Positions 58,818-64,000 of a stretch of DNA of 64,000 nt are shown one piece after another; within the stretch, counting starts at the first letter, position 1, and each line of letters begins with the position of its first letter. A program made the position numbers and the translations under genes. This DNA is from an uncultured Oscillospiraceae bacterium (lineage in GTDB: Bacteria; Bacillota; Clostridia; Oscillospirales; Oscillospiraceae). The DNA lies in NCBI GenBank assembly GCA_947630645.1, contig CANRIF010000003.1, forward strand, positions 2,427-66,426. The letters run 5' to 3'. The notes beneath the pieces were generated by a model, which worked only from the letters and a program-made list of their open reading frames with translations, did no database searches and was not told the origin of the DNA.

Positions 58818-59870
58818 TCACGAACGGAGCTTGGGGTCGAACGCGTCGCGCAGACCGTTGCCAAGCAGGTTGAAGGACAGCACGATCAGGAAGATCGTCA
58901 GCGCCGGGAACAGCAGCATATAGGGATAGGATGTCAGGCCGCTCCGGGCGTCGGACGCAAGGCTGCCCAGGGAGGGCATGGGGATGGACACGCCCATGCC
59001 GACGAAGGACAAAAACGACTCGGTGAAGATGGCGCTGGGGATCTGCATGGCCGCCGTGATGATGATGACGGAGATGCAGTTGGGGATCATGTGCTTGAAG
59101 ATGATGTACATGGCCGAGGCGCCAGCCGCCTTGGAGGCCATGACGTACTCCTGCTCCTTGATGGACAGGATCTGGCCCCGGACCTGCCGGGCCATGCCCA
59201 CCCAGTAGAGCAGGCCGAAAACGATGAAGATGGAGATCATGCCCGCGCCCAGCCGGACGATCAGGTCGTTTTTCGAGGTGCTGATGAAATCCTTGATGGC
59301 CACGGAGAGCAAGATCACGATCAGCACGTCCGGCAGCGAGTAGATGATATCCACGATACGCATCATAATGAGGTCCACCCGGCCGCCGAAGTAGCCGGAG
59401 ATGGCGCCGTAGAGGATGCCGATGATGACCACGATCAGGGCGGAGATGAAGCCCACCATCAGGGAGATGCGGGTGCCGTAGATGACCCGGATGGCGTAGT
59501 CCCGGCCCAGGTTGTCGGTGCCCATGATGTGGGGGAACACCTTCTGGCCGGCGGCGATGCGGGCCTGCTCCTTGGCGGAGTACTGGAAGGGCCTCAGATA
59601 TTTGGCCGTCACGTCCTGCTGGGTGTATGTATAGGGGTAGATCATCGGCACGATGATGGCGATCAGGGTGATGACCACCAGGATCACCAGGCACACCATC
59701 GCCATCCGGTTGTGTACCAGCCGGCGCATGGCGTCCCGCATGAACGAGACGGACTCCCGCTGGGTGACCACCTGCGCCTTTTCCTCGTCGCTGGCCGGCT
59801 TGAACAGTTCCGGGTCCAGCTGGAGGCTGAACGGATTTTTCTTCGGCTTGACAGTATCCATGTAAGTCAC
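58818..59870 (-). CDS. ABC transporter permease (OppC/DppC-like, 350 aa)
   Basis: N-terminal OppC-type extension and six TM segments. The EAA-like loop is IKEQEYVMASKAAGAS. Confidence 0.9.
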   Translation of the reverse strand: MTYMDTVKPKKNPFSLQLDPELFKPASDEEKAQVVTQRESVSFMRDAMRRLVHNRMAMVCLVILVVITLIAIIVPMIYPYTYTQQDVTAKYLRPFQYSAKEQARIAAGQKVFPHIMGTDNLGRDYAIRVIYGTRISLMVGFISALIVVIIGILYGAISGYFGGRVDLIMMRIVDIIYSLPDVLIVILLSVAIKDFISTSKNDLIVRLGAGMISIFIVFGLLYWVGMARQVRGQILSIKEQEYVMASKAAGASAMYIIFKHMIPNCISVIIITAAMQIPSAIFTESFLSFVGMGVSIPMPSLGSLASDARSGLTSYPYMLLFPALTIFLIVLSFNLLGNGLRDAFDPKLRS

Positions 59871-59871
59871 C

Positions 59872-60798
59872 TCAGGACAGGTCGATCCGCGGGTCCAGCA
59901 GCTTGTAGACCACGTCGGCCAGGAAGTTCATCGTCACGATCAGCACCGCCAGGAAGATGGTCACGCCCATGATCATCATGTAGTCGGTACGCAGCATACT
60001 GTTGACGAACAGCCGCCCCAGCCCCGGCACGGAGAAGATGTTCTCCACCACCATGGAGCCGGTGAGGATGCTGGCGATCATGGGGCCGGCGTAGGTCACC
60101 ACCGGGCCCAGGGCGTTTTTCAGCGCGTGCTTGAAGATGACCTTGGCGTTCTTCACGCCCTTGGCCCGGGCGGTGCGGATGTAATCCTGGCCCAGCACGT
60201 CCAGCATACTGGACCGCTCCAGCCGGGTGATGTAGGCCATGGGGTACAGGGACAGGGACAGGGTCGGCAGGATCATGCCCCCGGGCTGGTTGGCCATGGT
60301 GGGCAGCCAGCCCAGCTTCAGCCCGAAGATGATCAGCAGCAGCGTGGCGATGACGAAGGAGGGCATGGACACCAGCCCCGTGGTGACGAACTGGACGATC
60401 TTATCCACCATCCGCCCCCGGTTCAGCGCCGCCACGGCACCCAGCACCACGCCCAGCACGATGGCCAGCGCCGCCGCGCCCAGACCCAGCCGCGCCGAGT
60501 AGGAGAAGCCGCCCGCGATCAGTTCGCTGACGGTGGAGCCGATCCACTTGGTAGACAGGCCGAAGTCGCCGTGGAGGATGTTCTTCAGATAGTTGATGAA
60601 CTGCACGGACACCGGCTTATCGAAGCCGTACTTGGCCTCCAGCGCCGCGATAACGGCGTCGGACTTGGCCTTCTCCGAGCTGAAGGGGCTGGCCGGGATC
60701 GCGTGCATCACGAAGAACGTGATGGCGATCACCAGAAAGATCGTCAGCACCGCCATGAGGAAGCGTTTGACGACGTAGATCAGGAATTTGGAATCCAT
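59872..60798 (-). CDS. ABC transporter permease (OppB/DppB-like, 308 aa)
   Basis: MDSKFLIYVVKRFLMAVLTIF is a typical OppB start, and the EAA loop is DYIRTARAKGV. Start ATG at 60798 with RBS GGAGGTG. Confidence 0.9.
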   Translation of the reverse strand: MDSKFLIYVVKRFLMAVLTIFLVIAITFFVMHAIPASPFSSEKAKSDAVIAALEAKYGFDKPVSVQFINYLKNILHGDFGLSTKWIGSTVSELIAGGFSYSARLGLGAAALAIVLGVVLGAVAALNRGRMVDKIVQFVTTGLVSMPSFVIATLLLIIFGLKLGWLPTMANQPGGMILPTLSLSLYPMAYITRLERSSMLDVLGQDYIRTARAKGVKNAKVIFKHALKNALGPVVTYAGPMIASILTGSMVVENIFSVPGLGRLFVNSMLRTDYMMIMGVTIFLAVLIVTMNFLADVVYKLLDPRIDLS

Positions 60799-61165
60799 GG
60801 ACACCTCCGGCACCGCCAAATATTTACCCGATTACACAATTACTGATTTACATTAGTTTGGTTCTCTCATATTTTAATTGAAATGCAAACCAAAATCAAT
60901 AGGGATTCACCATTTCCCGCCCGGCCTTCACGTTTTTCGTTTGATTTGTTAAACAAGTCCCTGTTCTTCCGCGCTTTTTTATACGAAAATGCTCACCCGA
61001 AAAAGGGGAAATGGCAAAAAATGAATTATTATCGTGCCTTGATTGCATTTTTACCAGCCCTCCCGCCCCGACCGCGCGGGCGGGAGAAAAATTTGCGCGT
61101 TTGCTTTGCTTTTGAGCCGTTTTTTGCGTATAATGGTGGTATCTGGATGTGGGAGGCCGGCCGTC

Positions 61166-62059
61166 ATGGAGCATAGAAAAAAGAGCCTTCGCAGCTTTGC
61201 CTGGACCAGCGTGTCCATCCTGTTCGGCAATGCGCTGCTGGCGTTTCTGGTGGAGGCGTTCATCATCCCCCACGGCATCATCATGGGCGGCACCACGGGC
61301 ATCGCCATCGTCCTCAACAGCCTCTTCGGCTTCGACACCGCCGCGGCGGTGCTGGTGATGAACAGCGCGCTTCTCCTCTTCGGCGGCGTCGTGCTGGGGC
61401 GCAAACTCCTCACCACCACGGTGGCCAGCTCCCTTTTATACCCGCTGTTCCTGGGCCTGGCACAGCGCGTCCCCGGCCTGCACGCCGTCACGGACAACTC
61501 CCTTCTGGCGGCGCTGTTCGCCGGGGTGCTGATGGGGGTGGCCCTGGGGGTGGTGATGCGGGTCGGCTCCTCCACCGGCGGCGTGGACATCGTGTGCCTG
61601 GTGCTGAACAAGTGGACCCACATCCCCGTGTCGGTGTGCGTGTACGCCATGGATGCCCTGGTCATCGGCGGCCAGGCGCTGGTGTCCACCGCCCAGCCCA
61701 TCCTCTACGGGCTGGTGGTGCTGGTGCTGGAGTCCCTGGTGCTGGACAAGGTGATGATCCTGGGCCAGGCCCAGATCCAGCTTTTCATCGTCTCCCAGCA
61801 GTACGCCGAGATCCGCCGCCGCATCCTGACGGAGCTGGAGGCCGGCGCCACCATGATCCAGATCGAGACCGGCGCCTTGCAGCAGACCCAGCAGGGCGTG
61901 ATGTGCGTCATCCCCAACCGGAAGCTGTTCGCCGCCAAGGAGCTGATCCAGCAGGTGGACCCCACCGCCTTCATCACCATCACCCAGGTCCGGGAGGTCC
62001 GGGGCAGGGGCTTCACCCTGGAGCGGGCCATCCGGGACCTGAACGAGGAAAAGGAATAG
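61166..62059 (+). CDS. YitT-family membrane protein with a C-terminal DUF2179 domain (297 aa)
   Basis: FIIPHGIIMGGTTGIAIVL, GSSTGGVDIV, and C-terminal DPTAFITITQVREVRGRGF. Start ATG at 61166 (RBS GGGAGG). Confidence 0.8.
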   Translation: MEHRKKSLRSFAWTSVSILFGNALLAFLVEAFIIPHGIIMGGTTGIAIVLNSLFGFDTAAAVLVMNSALLLFGGVVLGRKLLTTTVASSLLYPLFLGLAQRVPGLHAVTDNSLLAALFAGVLMGVALGVVMRVGSSTGGVDIVCLVLNKWTHIPVSVCVYAMDALVIGGQALVSTAQPILYGLVVLVLESLVLDKVMILGQAQIQLFIVSQQYAEIRRRILTELEAGATMIQIETGALQQTQQGVMCVIPNRKLFAAKELIQQVDPTAFITITQVREVRGRGFTLERAIRDLNEEKE

Positions 62060-62069
62060 TTTGAATGTT

Positions 62070-62115
62070 ATGTAAACTTAGCGGCCTGCCGAATGGCAGG
62101 CCGCTAAGTTTACAT
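62070..62115. terminator. 21-bp perfect-stem bidirectional terminator
   Basis: atgtaaacttagcggcctgcc / gaat / ggcaggccgctaagtttacat, between the convergent yitT-like and peptidase genes. Confidence 0.7.
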
Positions 62116-62127
62116 AATTTTCGCCGC

Positions 62128-63762
62128 TCATCCGCCGGGCTGCATCGTCGGCGGGGTGGGCAGCACCATTTGGTCCATCTCCCCCGGGGCAGTGTTGAAA
62201 TAGGTCTGCACCAGTTCCCGCACCCCGGGGACGCCCCCGGCGCGGTCCATCAGCAGGGAGAGAAAGTCCTCCGTGTGGGCCTCCCGGAAGCAACAGACCT
62301 TATAATACGCCCGCAGGAGGCCGTAAAACGCCTCGTCCCCCATGGCCTGCTCCAGCCGGTAGAGGAACCCAGCGGCCCGCTCGTACACCGCGTCGGCATA
62401 GTCCCAGTCCGTGCCGGTGTTCAGCTCCCGGTAGGGCCGGTCCACGGTCACGTTCCCGCTCTCCGGGACACGGGCGAGGGCCTCGTCCATGGCGGCGGCG
62501 ATCCCGGCCTCGCTGCGGCCCATGTGCCGCCAGTAGACCTGTTCGCTGAACCGGGCGAAGCCCTCGTCCAGCCACGCCTCGCTGTACTGGTCGTTGCCCA
62601 CGGCGGCGTAGAACCACTGGTGGGCCACCTCGTGGGCCACGGTGGCGGCGCAGCTGTCCGGGCCGCCGCCGGTCTCCGGGTCCGGCTCGGCGTCCTCGCG
62701 CAGGTCCCAGCTGTACGCCTCGCTGACCCGCACCAGGCCCGGCGCCTCCATGCCGCCCTGCATATACCCGCTCATCACCACGTCCAGCTCCCCGTAGGGG
62801 CAGGGGCCGTAGGCCTCCGTGAAGGCGTCCACCGCGTCCAGCGCCGCCCGCAGGGAAAGTTCTCCCTGGGCCTTGCCGCCGCCGGTGTCGTCGTCAAAGT
62901 ACCAGCTGTTCACCGTGACGCCGCCGGTCTCGCCGGTGAGGACATCCAGCTGGGCGGAGGCAATGAGCGTCACGTCCCGCATATTCTCCGCCGCCACGCG
63001 CCAGGCCGTCACGCCCTCCGCCGTGTCCCCCCGGGTCTCGTCGCCGCTGGCAACGAGGGCGTACTGCTCCGGCAGCCGGACAGTGAGATCGTAGTCGGCA
63101 CAGCGGCTGTACATACACTCGCCCTCCTCCACATAGGGTTCCGCCTGCCAGGCCCCGTCCTCATACACCGCCAGCATGGGGTAGAACTGGGCCAGCTCAT
63201 AGGTGCGCCCGTCCTGCGCGCCGAAGCCCAGGGAGCTGAAGGCGCAGCGCCAGCCGCTCATATACACCGGCGCGGCATAGTCCAGTTCCAGGGTGACGCT
63301 GCCGCCGGGGGCCAGGGGCGTCGGAAGTTTTATGTAAACTATCGACCCGTCCTCCCCCTCGGTCCGGACCTCCAGCGCCTGGCCGTCCAGCCGGGCGGCG
63401 CCCACGCCGCCGGGGTATGGCTCCGGCTCCGCCGCCGGGATGACCACGCCGTCCTTCTCCACCACCTCGAAGTTCTTGGTGGACTGCTCCAGGGCGTGAA
63501 CGGAGGCCATATAGTCCCTAAAGCACAGCTCCGGCCAGGGGTCGGCGCTGCCGTTGGCCACCGTCACCCGCTCCGTCACGGTGATCTCGGCGGGGGCGAA
63601 GGGGTCGGCCGCCGCCTCCCCCTCGTCCAGGGCCACGTCCATCTCGTACCGCGTCCGCGCCGGGTCGTCGGCCCGGGCGGGCAGCCCCGGCGCCAGCGCG
63701 GTCAGGGCCAGCGTGAGCGCCAGCGCCCCGGTCAGGAATTTCTTCATGTGTGATTTTTTCAT
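62128..63762 (-). CDS. Secreted M1-family (gluzincin) metallopeptidase (about 544 aa)
   Basis: HEVAHQWF-x-...-WLDEGFA gives the HExxH-x18-E motif. The signal peptide is MKKSHMKKFLTGALALTLALTALAPGLPARA. I prefer the start at 63762 (GGAGG about 10 nt upstream) over the ATG at 63771. Confidence 0.8.
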   Translation of the reverse strand: MKKSHMKKFLTGALALTLALTALAPGLPARADDPARTRYEMDVALDEGEAAADPFAPAEITVTERVTVANGSADPWPELCFRDYMASVHALEQSTKNFEVVEKDGVVIPAAEPEPYPGGVGAARLDGQALEVRTEGEDGSIVYIKLPTPLAPGGSVTLELDYAAPVYMSGWRCAFSSLGFGAQDGRTYELAQFYPMLAVYEDGAWQAEPYVEEGECMYSRCADYDLTVRLPEQYALVASGDETRGDTAEGVTAWRVAAENMRDVTLIASAQLDVLTGETGGVTVNSWYFDDDTGGGKAQGELSLRAALDAVDAFTEAYGPCPYGELDVVMSGYMQGGMEAPGLVRVSEAYSWDLREDAEPDPETGGGPDSCAATVAHEVAHQWFYAAVGNDQYSEAWLDEGFARFSEQVYWRHMGRSEAGIAAAMDEALARVPESGNVTVDRPYRELNTGTDWDYADAVYERAAGFLYRLEQAMGDEAFYGLLRAYYKVCCFREAHTEDFLSLLMDRAGGVPGVRELVQTYFNTAPGEMDQMVLPTPPTMQPGG

Positions 63763-63867
63763 GGGGTTCATCCCTCCTTACGCCGGTATCGTAGCACGTC
63801 CGGCGGGGCGGGATGTGAACGGGACTTTATTTATCGGCATCATTTCGGCATCATTTTCCAGAAGCGG

Positions 63868-63910
63868 CAAAAAAGGGCCTGGTGCAGGTGTGCCCTGCAC
63901 CAGGCCCTTC
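63868..63910 (-). terminator. Rho-independent terminator of the right-edge gene
   Basis: gggcctggtgcagg / loop / cctgcaccaggccc, followed on the minus strand by TTTTTT. Confidence 0.6.
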
Positions 63911-63924
63911 GCCGCGCGGTCTTC

Positions 63925-64000
63925 TCACTGTTCCACGGTCAGGTTGTCGATCCCGTGCTGCTCGAACTCGGAATAATACTCCTCCATGCGGTTATAAAGC
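63925..64000 (-). CDS. 3' end of an unidentified CDS (enters from the right edge)
   Basis: The reverse complement reads ...LYNRMEEYYSEFEQHGIDNLTVEQ*, with a terminator immediately downstream. It is too short to name. Confidence 0.4.
   Translation of the reverse strand, partial: LYNRMEEYYSEFEQHGIDNLTVEQ

Noticed and set aside
60871-60884. An AT-rich ATTTTAATTGAAAT motif as a CodY box upstream of the Opp-type operon.
   Set aside because: Only about 9 of 15 positions match the AATTTTCWGAAAATT consensus. That is too weak in an AT-rich leader to call.
60901-60929. GGGAAATGGTGAATCCC in the leader of the ABC operon (minus strand), resembling the core of a cobalamin riboswitch.
   Set aside because: The downstream B12-box and the pairing partners expected for the riboswitch are absent, and the surrounding leader does not fold into the multi-stem architecture.

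Overview
High-GC chromosomal segment from a spore-forming Firmicute, probably Clostridia-like given spoIIE, spoVAC, monoderm-type transporters and GGAGG ribosome-binding sites. I support about 45 protein genes, one tRNA-Leu(CAG), one frameshifted LysR pseudogene and many hairpin terminators. No rRNA, CRISPR array, integrase or transposase is present.

Core content, left to right:
- a methionine gamma-lyase / RidA / four-subunit 2-oxoacid:ferredoxin oxidoreductase cluster with a LysR regulator and an NhaC carrier
- an orphan double-ATPase activase fused to a dehydratase-like module, plus a partner protein
- a metallophosphoesterase and a MATE pump
- an 11.7-kb gene for a 3,900-aa vWA-headed, isopeptide-repeat surface protein
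- a small AT-richer islet next to tRNA-Leu (Lar-like protein, JAB/MPN cassette, HicAB)
- pckG, rsmA, an AEC carrier, spoIIE
- a 1,400-aa RND pump with a roughly 350-aa coiled-coil insertion
- an LtaS-like enzyme, dusB, an ECF sigma / anti-sigma pair
- a Trp-rich membrane protein, a 927-aa FeS-flavoprotein and hypA-hypB
- a SWIM plus AAA-nuclease islet
- spoVAC, an Opp/Nik-type ABC importer, a YitT protein and an M1 peptidase

Best candidates for something new:
1. A two-gene JAB/MPN+ cassette with its own consensus promoter, bracketed by about 38-nt direct repeats, beside hicAB.
2. A 3.2-kb AT-richer islet (SWIM protein plus AAA/PD-(D/E)XK ATPase) bracketed by about 40-nt direct repeats that duplicate the 3' end of spoVAC.
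3. The orphan HgdC-type double activase/dehydratase-like pair.
4. The FeS-flavoprotein translationally coupled to hypAB with no Ni enzyme in view.
5. The giant adhesin, which has a non-LPXTG sorting signal and no sortase nearby.

All functional calls rest on motif-level reading of the translations. No database search was run.
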